A stretch of 62,895 nucleotides of DNA, filler included, from Ministeria vibrans ATCC 50519 (GCA_943704425.1; 6 parts of 6 records of this genome joined end to end with filler, not necessarily neighbours in it); one strand, 5' to 3'; shown: positions 22,033-38,104, counted from the first letter of the whole stretch. Program-made: numbers and translations. Notes: a model not told the origin generated them from the sequence alone.

Positions 22033-22607
22033 TTTTCAGTCGATTTTGTGAATAAAAAACTGAATTCTTCTAAAAAAAATCAACAATAAGAAAAGAAATA
22101 GAGAGGGGAGCGTTAAAAAAATCAGCCCCAGCAACACGCGAGTGACAAGAGTACACATTTGCTGCCTCGTAGAACGCTCAGGAGAGACTGAAAAACAGAG
22201 TCAGGAGACAGTTGAACCCTTTCTTTTGAAGTTTTTTCGGGGGCCGACGAACGACATTCCTTGCTTAAGCTGAGTCACACAACTAAATATGGGTACACCC
22301 TGTCGTAACATGACTATGCACTGCGGACTGCGGACTGCGGAGGATCGCAGCCGTAATATTGATGTCAAATTCAAGAAACCAGACGCTCACAAGGATTGAG
22401 TGGGCTCTTGATAAGGAAATAGACGTTCATATTCGGACATTTCCCTCTTTCACCCACTCTCCAATTCTCTCCCTCAGGCCCATTATAGCAAGGGTGCACT
22501 GGTGCTAACGATCGCAGAAAAGTCGAAAAAATGGGAAAATCCCGTGACGTGACGTGGCGCTTTGACTTTCCTTATTGTGTTTGCCGAATAGCGGGTGCTG
22601 GGTAAGG

Positions 22608-22844
22608 CACAGTCCAGGCAGATCATACGACCCTCTTGCAGACCGGGAATCGAACACGCAATAGAAATCCAGGGTTTGCAAAAAAAAAACGAAAAAAGGA
22701 CGCTCAGGACATCACGCGAAACGCAGGGCCTTCAGCACCCCCCGTTCACACTATCAGTTTACCACAGTCCAGGCAGATCATACGACCCTCTTGCGGACCG
22801 GGAATCGAACAGGCAATAGAAATCCAGGGTTAGCAAAAAAAAAA
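22608..22844. repeat. Two ~82-bp direct repeats (22608-22689, 22763-22844) ending in poly-A, with a tRNA T-arm-like motif on the minus strand
   Basis: cacagtccaggcagatcatacgaccctcttgc.gaccgggaatcgaaca.gcaatagaaatccagggtt.gcaaaaaaaaaa x2. Confidence 0.9.
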
Positions 22845-22884
22845 CCGAGGACAGCACCCACACGGAATCACAGCTCTTCGGCGT

Positions 22885-23096
22885 CGTACACCCTTCCCCA
22901 ACACACTAAACATATACACACCTAACGCGTGCACGCAGAAAACAGCCCTCCAAATTGCATTGCTAACATTTGGTCATGCATGCCTCACGAACACAGCGAA
23001 GGGAACACGCGCACTGAATCAATGTTACACGCTATAGGTACGTACTATTCGGTAATCTTCTCTGCAGAACGGGAACTGAGAACAGAAAAGCAGTGA
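22885..23096 (-). repeat. Dispersed repeat B, copy 2; contains the 115-bp segment 22928-23042 duplicated at 27411-27525
   Basis: Direct comparison. Confidence 0.75.
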
Positions 23097-23886
23097 CTTG
23101 AGCGTCAGGATTGTGAGGATTCCCCCCTCACTGCAGGGTTGTTACGTTCAAAACATGGTTTGAACGTGTTTTGATCTTTCAAAACATGTTTTGTTTTGTT
23201 TTGGTTTGTTTTGAAACCCCTTGCGGACCTTTCGATTCTGCTAAAAATTCTGAGAATCGATTTTAGAATTCTACTTTTTTCTCTAATTAACTTTGGAGGC
23301 TCGCAGAATCTTAGGCACGCCTCCCCAAGCGGCGTCGCGTGTCACACACCCATAGGTGACCTTATGTACACCATGTCGCATCGCAGTCTACTCGAAAATT
23401 GAACATGGCGAGCGGTGAGTGGGTGTTGAAATTCCAAATTCTACAATTTCATTGTGACAGAATTCCACCATCTGACACTCACATCCGACCAATACGGTAA
23501 TTTCATGTGGGGTGCAGGAAGATGCAGTCTTTTAATGAATGATTCTGTTGTTTTTGAGACCGATTCTAGAATTTGGTGATCTCCTCTCAATTCTGCTGTT
23601 TAACAGTTATTCTTGCCATTCCTCTTGGAAGTGAGTTCAGTACACAAAATAATCCCTGTACCATGGCAGAAACACGCGAGAAAGTAGGTCTTTTACGAGT
23701 TTTCGGGTTTAGGTTTTCGTTTTTTGGCGCGCTCTGTAGTTCTCAATCGTTTACGTGTTTCTGCTGCTTGCGTGACCCACTGTCTCTCTCGAATAGGATG
23801 CATCGAGTGGGGTCGCGTCGTGTTCGGGCGGAGAAACGTGTGTTGAAGAGGACAACACTGCGTTTGGCGTTGAAATCTTTCCAACT

Positions 23887-25683
23887 GTGTTTGGACCTCT
23901 TTTTCTTCCCGAAACACAGCCACAAGACGATGTCGAAGAGATAAGGTCGATCATGAAGAATGTAAAGAAGATGAATAAGCACTTCGCGCGGCGAATGACG
24001 AGTTCGGTGCTCACGGACATCTACACGGCGACGAAACGTCCGTTTACGACGGTCTGGGCATCGCGTCTTGTTAGCGAAGGCCGCGGCAAAGGTCGCGGCC
24101 TCATGCCCGCTCCATACACCAGCTACATCGAGAGGCCAGCCTATGTGCTCGCGGACGACACGGAATCGCGCATGAACAGCGACGAATATCTCTATCAAAC
24201 GCTGAAAATCAGCAGGCAACATTTTGATGAGATTGTAGAGGCTGTAGAACGGTATTTGCAAAATGTTATGCATTTAGCGACACGTCCATATACGCAGGAC
24301 TTCTGATGAACTATTATTTATTTTAGAATGGACGATTTGCGTCGAAAGAGTGGCTCTCTGCCGCCAAGAAGAGGGAAGTCGAAGTATACTTTCGCGGAGC
24401 AGGTAAAACAATATAAAATATTCTTGTTGCTTACTCTGTTTCATATCCCCAGGTCTTTATCTCTCTGCATCACTTTCAAAAGGTGTCGTATCCTCAGTTG
24501 GGCGCGAGATTTAATATTCAGGTCAGTACTGTCTCCTCTTACTTTCTTCGGACGGTTTTGGCTCTCGCCTCACTCAAGTCGGCGTATATTGTGTGGCCCA
24601 CTCGAGATCAACGAAATGATGCTCACCGAGCACTGGCTGCAACGACGAATAGTGATAGGTTGAGGGAGTTTGGGGTGTGGGGATTCTTGGACGGTACACT
24701 GACAAAGGTAATTTCATCAATTATTATTGTAGCAACGTACTGCTAATTGATTTTGCCTCTCAGATTGGGCAGCCTGGTTGGTGTGATGCGTCGCACGACG
24801 TGACGTACACCAACTACTTAACTGTTCATCACCTCAAAGGGAGCGGATTTTTTCTTGGATCTATGGTTGTTGTGATGCCAGACGGCTCCATTGTGTAAGC
24901 TATCAGCAGTACCTTGCAGTTGCAATTGCAATTTGTTTCCTTGTCTCTCAGAATATATTATTTATTCTTTATAATAATATATTATTATTAGGTTTTCGTC
25001 GACGGGATTCCATGGCTCAATGCACGATCGGACAATTGTCAAGCAACTCCTTCATGTGTTCGAGCGAGGTGCGGTGAACCCATCGACGAATGAGCGATAT
25101 TTTGAGGATGACGAAAACATTTTGGGGGACAAAGGTAACTTTCTATTCTACTCTGTTCTATTACCATACCAGATTTACTTCGAATTCGCGCAACCGTAAT
25201 ATATTCCTGGTTAATCATGTAGGATTTTACACCAAGTTTGATGAGGTCACCAGTCTCGAAACGCTGCAACAGAAGAGAGACGCGGTAGGTTACTCAAACT
25301 CGACATGATTATGAGAGAATTTGAAGCCCTTGGGCTCGACCGTACCCTTCAAATTTAAACGTGTTATGTTAATTTAGGCGAACGACTTCCAAACGAGTAT
25401 TATCGGCATGTTGAAAGGGAATGTTCGCACAACCGATTTTTCTCCTCACGTTGCGGCAGATTATGAAGAGGAAGAAGGACTTCTTTGTCCTGCTCGACTC
25501 GCTGTAGAGCAGACATTTGGACAGTGTGGTTCTTTGTTTCCTTTGTTGAGGAACATGAAACAGACATGCCATTCAGTTGGTATGACAGGTGACATTGTGG
25601 GCGCTATTTTCGTCTTGTTTATGATGTGGTTCGAGGACTTGAAACAAACAAATGAGACCCTACTCGCGCACGTCGAAAAATGA
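23887..25683 (+). CDS. Harbinger (DDE_Tnp_4/HARBI1-like) transposase, multi-intron, start uncertain
   Basis: Spliced motifs ISRQHFDEI; SYPQLGARFN; IVWP; WGFLDGT; YTNY; VVVMPDGSI; GSMHDRTI; LGDKGF; RLAVEQTFG...LFPLL. Confidence 0.85.
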
Positions 25684-25765
25684 AAAAAAAACTATTATTA
25701 TTGTCATGAGACAGTCAGAGACACTTGATCAGAACAATAACACACAGTAAAGAAAGTTTACTTGA

Positions 25766-27058
25766 TCACTCGTCTGTGGATGAACGTTTCGACACCCATT
25801 CTGACTGCAACATATCAAAAAAACGCCCGAGTTGGCCGCTCAGCTCACTCAAAGCATCTGCGGTCCTCTCAAACGCCACTGCGGAGCGCTCTTGTGCAAC
25901 TGCAGTCCTCTCCTGCGCCACGACGCTCTTCGCTAGTTGCGCACCCGTCACTTTTGCGTGTGCTTCTTGCAACTCCGTTGATTTTGTGTTTCTCTCGACA
26001 ATGCTTGCAGCGGCATCCTCCGTGGCAGCAGCAGCCTTCAGTTTTGCTTTGGCAGCAGCCTCACGTCGTTGAAGTGTCACGGCAAGCTTTGCGCTTGTAT
26101 TCTTCTTCTTCGTCGTGTCGGTCGCTTCGGCTTGCCTCTTTCTCTTGTTTGCCTCCCGCGCAACAACGTCTTCCATTGTCTCCATGCTATCCATCATGCT
26201 CACTCCCTCTAAGGTGATATCATCCACTACATAAAAGTACTCTTAAAAAGAAAAGGTTCGATTGATCATTGATCTCTTACTCTCACAAAGTTTGTCGTAA
26301 AGTAAGATATTAGAATCTCCCTTTTTCGTCTTTGAAATCTTCTCTCGCTCCACCGCGCGCTTCTCCGGCGACTTTGGCCTCTTCCAAGTGTACACAGACG
26401 AGCCTCGAATCGACGACCGTTGGTTGCGTACTCGACTGTCGTTGATACTCTGATGTTTCGATCGAATATCCACATAACTGTCATCAAAGCGAAGGAGACA
26501 CCTAAGAAAGTGCGCAACTGAAGCAGAAACATAAAATTAATGTCTGATACATCTTCCTCTATGTTACGTACTTTGAAGATCGCGCTTTGAGTCGATGTCG
26601 ATCACACTCTCTAGCTCCCACCGCGCCACGCAATCGTTGAACGTTGAGACTCTGAGAGTGAGGTTTGCAGCCTCGAGCAGGGCTACTTTGCTCAAGGTGC
26701 ACCAAGCCATATTACCGACAGTTTCATACGGCCACTTGAAATGCGCGATCCCGGTTGCCGCTTCGCTCTCCATTTGCAATGTGCTCGCGGTCTTTGTTGT
26801 TGTCGTTGTTGTTGTCGTTTGAGTAGGTTTCGTCGTGGAAGCGGCCCGTGTCGGTGGAGAAGAGGTAGAATTTGTTGTTTTGGCGCGCTTTTTGGTGTGA
26901 TGAGTGAACTCTTCCTCCTCTTCATCCTCTTCACCCTCGTATTCGTCCTCTTCTTCCTCTTCGTCTACATCTTCGTATTCTTCGTCATTGATATCCTCGT
27001 CGCTGTGAATACTGAGCGTTTCTTGTCGGTGTGGCGTTGTTTCTGATGTAAATGACAT
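25766..27058 (-). CDS. Harbinger second protein (Myb/SANT-like position), spliced, acidic N-terminus and coiled-coil C-terminus
   Basis: ORFs 26564-27073, ~26243-26530 and 25766-26227 lie inside the TIRs, convergent with the transposase; spaced Trp residues (KWP, AW, ARW, TWK). Confidence 0.6.
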
Positions 27059-27520
27059 TGTCCTCTCAGGCAAGTTTTTGTCCCGTTCATCTCGACGAGT
27101 TGATGCCAGTACCGCCGCAGACAGACCAACTTCGCCTATTTCATCACTATGAAGGCGCGCGGGGGCAAGGCGACGGCCACGAGCGCTGGCAGAGGCGGCC
27201 GGGGCACTTTGAAAAAAAAAAACCGTTACTAAACCCTTCTCTCTTTGTATGTTTCACTTTTCTGATGCCGCACGAGGATGTTGGTGCTACCATCGTCGTG
27301 AAAGGGCACGAAGAAGAAAACAGAATTTTTTGTAGAATCGAAAGGCTGAATTTGCTCAGAATCGATTTCGAGAAGTGTGATTTTAGAATTTTTAGCAGAA
27401 TCGAAAGGTTCGTGCACGCAGAAAACAGCCCTCCAAATTGCATTGCTAACATTTGGTCATGCATGCCTCACGAACACAGCGAAGGGAACACGCGCACTGA
27501 ATCAATGTTACACGCTATAG

Positions 27521-27686
27521 GTACGGAGCCTTAGGTCAAAATGTGAAAAAAGGTCAAAATGTGAAATGCCATGGCTTATTCATCTTGTCTACCAAACTGC
27601 GAGCTAGTCATTCCTTTTTCCCGCCCCCTTCTACGCTGGTATTGAGTGTCATGTTGGGAGCACAGAGAAGGCAGGTGAGAGTGATT
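27521..27686 (+). repeat. Dispersed repeat C, copy 2
   Basis: Reverse complement of 17170-17345, diverged. Confidence 0.8.
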
Positions 27687-27716
27687 AGGGTTAGGGTTAG
27701 GGTTAGGGTTAGGGTT
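27685..27716 (+). repeat. Interstitial telomeric repeat (TTAGGG)5
   Basis: Direct; degenerate copies also at ~39115-39142 and ~46208-46230 inside introns. Confidence 0.95.
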
Positions 27717-27872
27717 CAGTTTTATTCATTTCTTCCTTCCCCAGCAAACTCCTGTGCGTACTGCCGGGCGTTCGTTGATCAATCTGATCGACTTTTTCAA
27801 ATTTGAAAAAGCAAAAAGAGGAAAAACATTTCGCGACTAAAGTCTCTCTTCTTCCCGGCCCCGGCGGGCTGG

Positions 27873-28378
27873 ATGCCTCCCGGGAAGGCAGCTCTAACTG
27901 CGCTGGTGAAGGAGGGCCTCGGCTCTGCGGCGGGTGACGTGATATCTGTGGGAACGAGGGTCGACGTGCAGCGGTCACCCGAGAGCCCCATTGCGCCGGT
28001 TCCGGTCCGCGTGCTGGCCGACGCGCGCCCCGGAGTGGTAGTCACGGTGCGTTCGGACCGTGTGGACGCGGTGATGAACCATATCGGCCGCTGGGGGTTG
28101 ACCATCGGACGATCGATTTTCAAATATGCGGACATCTCGATGCAGTTTGAAGTCTTTCATTCCGAATCCCTGAAACGCGTTGAGGTGACCGCCGCGATCA
28201 AGGCCCAGCTGCAGGCCTTGGACGTGTGCCACTCGACCCGTGAGCCGTCGTACGCTGAGGCACTGAGGGGCGCCGGACAGCGGCATTTTGTCTCAGTAAA
28301 GTGGAACGGCGACCAGCGCGCGCTCCACTTTCTGCCCCAGAGCGCCAACGAGCTACGTCACCACTCAGGCAACGTTCA
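27873..28378 (+). CDS. GC-rich ORF cut by the contig end, possibly non-LTR retrotransposon ORF1
   Basis: Open to the gap, intronless, SYAEAL motif; no RT visible. Confidence 0.35.
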
Positions 28379-28478
28379 NNNNNNNNNNNNNNNNNNNNNN
28401 NNNNNNNNNNNNNNNNNNNNNNTTAATTAATTAANNNNNNNNNNNNNNNNNNNNNNNNNNNNNNNNNNNNNNNNNNNN
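28379..28478. other. Artificial contig linker N-TTAATTAATTAA-N (also 39846-39945, 55269-55368, 56802-56901, 58640-58739)
   Basis: Identical six-frame stop cassette between N runs, five times. Confidence 0.97.
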
Positions 28479-28597
28479 AACTCTCTCTCTCTCTCTCTCT
28501 CTCTTGAACTCTCTCTCTTGAACTCTCTCTCTCTCTCTTGAACTCTCTCTTGAACTCTCTCTTGAACTCTCTCTCTCTCTCTCTTGAACTCTCTCTT

Positions 28598-28652
<55 letters not shown>

Positions 28653-28697
28653 AACTCTCTCTTGAACTCTCTCTTCTTTCTCTATCATTTGTGTATA

Positions 28698-29764
28698 CCT
28701 TGATGAGCAGGCGGGCTGAGACAGCCTCACCGGCGGCATCCTCTGCGGCAACAAACGCCTCAAAGGCCTCGCGAAGGAGTGCAGTGTCACTCGCACTCTC
28801 AGCAAGCGCACTCAGACACTCCCCCCGCCCCAAATGCGCCTCCCACGGTGCTTTTGAGTCACTGTGTGACGTTGCTGCCAGTAGGCCTGTAAAGTGCTCT
28901 AGTGCTCGGCGCACCGCTGCTTCGTCAATATCATCGGTGTCTACGAATGGTTTAGCGTGTAAGCTGGAGCGTTTCGTCGTTGTTGGTCGTGCGTACCAAC
29001 TGTTGCAGCTTCAAGAAGCGCGTTTGAAAATGAAATACAATGATGTACATACTCGGGTCCGTCGCTTTTCTACATCATCATGTAATCATGTACATATTAG
29101 CTGGGCAAAAGGCTGAGAAAACGACAATGCACCTACCACATGCTCGGCAAAGAGCCTCTCTGCAGCTTTGATGGTTTCTGTGCGCGACGACTTGTTGCCC
29201 TCCTTTTGCTCGACTGTGGCCTTTAGCAGTGTGCTCTGTGCGGCTCCTAGCCAGCAGGCGGCCTCCGATGGGCCCTCTGCCTGCGATGATCCAGACGCGC
29301 CAGAGACTGCTTGAGAGAACTTTTCGACAGCCTCATCAAAGAAGACATTCAACCCAATGACACGACCAAGCTCCATCAGCACCGTCGCCCACGCGTACAC
29401 ATAGCTCCTGTCGGTGTTGTCTGGCGCCGACGTGAACCGCTGAAGGGAAATCTCGAGGAGTTTCTAAGCAAACACGAGAGAACACATTGAGAAGGGAAAG
29501 GAGACGCGACGCCTCCTATACCTGTGCCGTTGATCGACTGCCGCTGCGGAGCTCGTCCAAGGCGCTCGTCAGGATCGTTGGACCATCCACGCCCTCGTCG
29601 ACCTCAATCACGTCGTCGTCATCGTCGTCGTCGTCCCCCGAGGAGTGGGAGGCAGATGGCGACGGAGGCTCAGCCTGGTCCGCCTCCGCCTCCGTGCGCT
29701 GCCGCTTCGTTTCAGGCTCGACCATAGACGACGTTGCCTCCTCCGGTGAGGTGGCACGCTTCAT
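28698..29764 (-). CDS. Helical-repeat nuclear protein, possibly Ett1/Nro1-like; 3' partial
   Basis: Spliced exons; NLS-like KRQR, acidic tract, YAWATVLMELG...FFDEAVEKF, TPR-like helices. Confidence 0.45.
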
Positions 29765-29858
29765 TTCAAAAATATTATAAAATAGGAAAATTAATTTGAT
29801 TAGAGAGATGTACAAAGAATGTAAGAGTGAATATTAAATTATTAATGATTGTACTTAT

Positions 29859-32102
29859 TCATAAAAACATTTCCATCATCTCGTCGATAGTGATTCGAGC
29901 AGTCTCGTAAAAGGACTCGGCGTGAATCGGCAGTCGGCTCTGCTTGAACAGAAACACGACCGACTGATGAGTCACACACACAAACACATATTCGTTCTTC
30001 TGCCACGCTTTGCCTCGCAGAATCAGCCCTGGCATTTTGCGACGGGTGTCCGCCTGCACTTCATACATCTTTCCGCAGATCATAATAGCGCGAGGCGGAA
30101 GCTACACGTACAAAAAGAATCGGTTTATCTCTTTGTTGTTGTTGACTGAGCGCTTACAGGAAAGTCTGTTGAACAAGTGGCATTGAAAATGACATTGAAA
30201 TCGACAGGCTCAAGCTCCCGACCGGAACGTACAACCTTGGAAATGATATTCATCGAGGGCTGCTCAAAGAAAATAACATCGTCAAACTTGGCCTGGAAGC
30301 GTTGCATGAAGGGCGCACACCACTCGTTGCCAGTCCCACGGATGGTTGGCGCCGGAACGTACTCGTCAGTCTCCGCTACAGAAGCACAGAGAGTGACAGA
30401 GACAGAGAAAGAAGAAAATAGCAAAATGACAGAGAGGAGGAAGAAAGAAAGAAAGTGAAGGAGAGGAACAGACAGACAGAGAAGAGTGAGGTATGTCACA
30501 TTAGCGCGAGTGTGCCTCAATGGAATGTGTGTTTGCGTTGGTGTGTGCAAAGATATATATATATGTATGTGTATGTGTGTGTGTGGATGTGTATGTGTGG
30601 GTGGGTGGTACCTTCCTGGAGTTGGAAGTCGCGCATGGCCGCCATGACCACATCCCCTGAGATGATGTTTGCCTTGAGCTTCCCCGGCTTCTTTGCCCCA
30701 TTTGACGATGCCCCACTATCCGCCTCGGGAGCAGATGCTTCTGAATCGTGCACCTACAATCATGCGTTTGTTTCTCAATGAGGCGTTCTTGCACAATTAT
30801 GATGTCTTTTGTCGGCTGTCGTACTTGAAAGCAGTTGCAGCAAAACCCCTTTGGTTTGAGAAAGTGCTGTTGGAATTCCTGGCAATTAGAGACAGGGACA
30901 GCAGCAGTGTCGCTTGGAAGTTCAATGGTGGGGGGAGGGCCAGGGCGAACGGGAGTAGCCGCAACGGCACTGGTGGGGGTGGAGAAGGCAGAAGGAGGGT
31001 TTTTGGAGGGCGCTTTGGTGGGTGCCGCAGTTGCTGGTGGTGAAGATGGTGTTATGGTGGTTGTAGTGGGTGGTTTATCGCCGATGAGATTCTGTGGGAC
31101 GGCCGTTGATTTCCGTCGGATGGCGCCACGACGCTTTTCTGCGCTGTTGAGCCAATTACGCGCACCCCGCTGAAGCACAGGCGCAATTTTAACAGCAAGA
31201 TACTTCTCACGACGCTCTTCAAGAATGCGTGTCGCCTCACTTCCCAGGAACACCTTCGTGAGCCCTACTGCCCACGGACGCACCACAGAAGCAACACTCC
31301 CCTTGGTTACCGGCACAACTTCCTCCAGCAGACGACGGCACCGCGTTGCTTCGTCGCCTGCGTCGTTTACTTTTAGTGCGGCCGACCGTGCTTCAATCTA
31401 CAGAACGACAGAGTCACAGAGAGAAAGTTGGCGCTCAGCGTTAACATGTACAAATAAGGCAATTACCTTTGGCACACTCTTCTTCCCTTTGTCCTTCTTC
31501 TTCTTCGCCTCCTTGGGTGATTCGGTGGTCACAGTGGCCTTTCCGGGCGCCTCCACAATGTCATGGCGATGAAGAAATGTCGTAAAGTCGAGGCGTTCGC
31601 CAAAGCCCGCCCGTCGAATGCGCACTGTCTCGAGAATGCCCGTGTTGAGACACTGCTGCCGCACAAAATTGCCCTCAAACACCTTTGGTTTTCCCGTCTG
31701 AGTGGGCTTCAGACAACGCACAAAGCGCGCTCGAGTCTCACCCAGTGCCGTTACAAGCAGAGTGAGACTCTGCCCAAACTGTGCCGAGACCGTCGGATGT
31801 TTGTTCTGCGGCGTCATTGCCTGGCGCGATTGCAGTTGCTGCTGCTGCTCTTGGCGCTGGCGTCGCTGCGTACGTCCCTTAAGCGTTGTTGGCGGTTCTC
31901 CCAGTGACACAGTCGTCTGACGCCGCTCAAACCCATTGCGACGCGCTACAACAACAAAAGACAGAAAAAAAACGAAAAAAAAGTAAGGCAAGAGGAGAGA
32001 GAGTATGGAATATGGTTACCTGTCGCAACAAAATCACCTTGAAAAAGCTACAACAGCAGCACACAAAGAAAAAGACCGGTTAAACACCTTTCTTGCTCTA
32101 TC

Positions 32103-32201
<99 letters not shown>

Positions 32202-33387
32202 AATTTGCTTCTCTATCCCTCTTGCTTCTTTTTCTCCCTTCTCTTACATTGGTTGCAAAGGAGAAACGACAAGCGTCACGGCCCATCATCACAAGTAAAT
32301 CATCACACAGTGCATCGCGGTTCTTCTCAAGGAAGTCTTGCGTCTGGTATGTCACTTGACCCGCATAGTGTGCTAAAGAGACCAAAACCACACAACATTT
32401 AGTCTTCTCAAAAGGTACACGCAAACATATTCAATGCAAACATATTCAATATACCAATGGCAAAGGCACTTTGCGCGTGTTTCTTGACAACCGAATAGTG
32501 CTTGTGCTTCTTCAGGCGCGCATTGAGCTTCTCAGTGAACGACTCATCGGTCGCCTGAGGAAAGCGTGTCTCATCGTCAAGCAGCGAAAAGACACCGAGT
32601 GGGCCCGACACCAACTCAATACACTCAGTGTTGTCGCCAAATGCCACCCGTTGAATCAGCACCTGCTCGCGCTCTAGCTCTTCTTGTTCCGCTCGCATCA
32701 CCACGTCAATAAAGAATTGGTGCAGTGACTCGTTCGCTACGTTGATGCACAGCTGCTCGAACGAGTTACCCGTCGCCCCGAAATCCTCAAACCCAAAAAT
32801 GTCAAGCAAACCGATAAAGTGGCAGGTCGAGTCGCCGCCACGGCCCGACGCCACACGCGCATTGATGGTGTCGACAAGGTAACGGAAAAGTCGGCCATAG
32901 AGAGTCGTGGCAAGCGAATCGCGACGCGCAAGGGCCTTTGCGCGCGTGAGGGGCGACAGAAAGTGCTCGCGCGCCACCACCGTCATCTTCATGGTCAAAC
33001 AGTCCGACACCAGCGACTCGCTCACCCCCATCAGACGGCAAAAGTGCTCCAGTGCATTTCCTCCTCGTCCTCCAACAAGACGCACCTTGTCTGTGTCTTT
33101 GCCGTCCGCTGCAACTTCAATTGATCCCAAGTGCAGAATCACCGCAATCAGTCGCAAAATATCTTCTTCTGGCATATCAAAACTCTTCAGTGCCTGGCTT
33201 GTCTCCGTGAACCATTCTGCATCTTCCACAGTGTCTACACATATAAAATTAAATAATTTATGAAGATGATTGCGTGGTTTCTCTAATTCTCTCTCTCTCT
33301 ATCACTTTGTCTCTCTATCACTTTGCCTCTCTATCACTTTGCCTCTCTATCACTTTGCCTCTCTATCACTTTGTTTCTCTCTCTACT

Positions 33388-33439
<52 letters not shown>

Positions 33440-33594
33440 GTCTCTCTNNNNNNNNNNNNNNNNNNNNNNNNNNNNNNNNNNNNNNNNNNNNNNNNNNNNN
33501 NNNNNNNNNNNNNNNNNNNNNNNNNNNNNNNNNNNNNNNNNNNNNNNNNNNNNNNNNNNNNNNNNNNNNNNNNNNNNNNNNNNNNNNNNNNNNN

Positions 33595-33673
<79 letters not shown>

Positions 33674-34772
33674 AACTCTCTCTCTTAAACTCTCTCTCTC
33701 TCTCTTGAACTCTCTCTCTTGAACTCTCTCTCTCTTGAACTCTCTCTCTCTTGATCTCTCTCTCTCTTGAACTCTTGAACTCTCTCTCTCTCTTGAAATC
33801 TCTCTTGAACTCTTTCGCTTTGGGTCCAATTTTGCAGTACCGGCAGTAAAACATTGAGACATTTGTGTGTAGGCAAAATTGGAGGGAGAGTGTCCTGCAA
33901 GACCAAGCGACTGTTTGACCATGCCTGGTGCACCCACAAGCACCTGGTAGAAGATGTGGAAGTTGCGTTGCTGTGCGTTGACATGCGCGACGCGAGACTT
34001 TTCAAGAAGGTACACAACGGTTCGTGAGCCCATCACGCGTCCTTGGAAATTGAAGAGGAGCTCATTGTAGCGAGCAAAGCGCGATGAATTGTCGTTGCGC
34101 AGCGTCTTGGCGTTGCCGAAGCTCTCCAAAAGCTGGTTGCTAGCGAGCACGAGCTGCAGAGAGACGGCCGTGAACTTTTTGTTATGATGTTTCTCGATTG
34201 TAGACCTTTTCAACTTTGGAGGAACCGCCCGAGCGGTAGAGAAGATGTTTCAGCAAGTGTCTGTTTGTTTCCGTCTTGCCACTGCCCGAGTCTCCGCTGA
34301 CGACGATGCTCTGACTGCGCGAGTCGGTGATCATATTTACGTAAGCAGCGTCGGCGACGCTAAAGACGTGCGGCGGTCCAGCAACGCCCGCAGCGACGAC
34401 CTTATCGCTCATTGCCTTGCTGTACAGCTCGGGAAAGTACTGGTACGGGTTGACGGCGATGAGGATGCCGCCTATGTACGTATAGATGATGTTGTAGCCG
34501 TGTCGGACGCGCAGCGCATCGACAATCACATCGTCTCTAAAAAGTGCATAAAGATATATTACGGTCGCGTCGTCTACGGAACGCATTCAGTAGGCATGTG
34601 TATTTGGCACGTGCTGCTGGTGCAGCGGAGGCGGCGGATAGGCGCACAAGGTTTGTTTCCCAAAAGTGATCGAGATGTTGTCTTTTTTTAGAAAAGGGGC
34701 TTACGTGAGCTTGTCTAAGCGAATGAGGTCATCGAGCTTGGTCGACGGGTGGTCCTTCTTGCTCTTGGACAT
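29859..34772 (-). CDS. Unconventional myosin with short atypical tail
   Basis: IYTYIGGILIAVNPY, PPHVF, GDSGSGKTE, LESFGNAKTLRNDNSSRF, GLLDIFGFE, NSFEQLCIN, HYAGQV, FVRCLKP, GILETVRIRRAGF; one IQ-like motif. Confidence 0.93.
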
Positions 34773-34849
34773 TGTCGTTGACGAGCGGCAAGCAAAGCCC
34801 AAAGGATTATGAAAATAATTTGAAATAGTCAAAGAGAAAAGAACTTCCT

Positions 34850-38058
<3,209 letters not shown>

Positions 38059-38104
38059 TGTGAGTGAAGAGAAGAAAATCAATTGTAAATTTGTAATTTA
38101 TTCA

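Larger units (their letters stand above)
23224..27412. mobile_element. PIF/Harbinger DNA transposon with two convergent genes and TIRs
   Basis: Perfect 25-bp TIR acctttcgattctgctaaaaattct (23227-23251) / agaatttttagcagaatcgaaaggt (27385-27409); subterminal variant at ~27322-27345; DDE transposase plus second gene. Confidence 0.85.

Noticed and set aside
22608-22844. CRISPR-like array or tRNA genes
   Set aside because: Only two long units, no cas genes, no full cloverleaf, eukaryotic context
1-28378. Endogenous giant virus, Polinton or Fanzor/TnpB
   Set aside because: No capsid, packaging ATPase, PolB, integrase or RuvC motifs recognised
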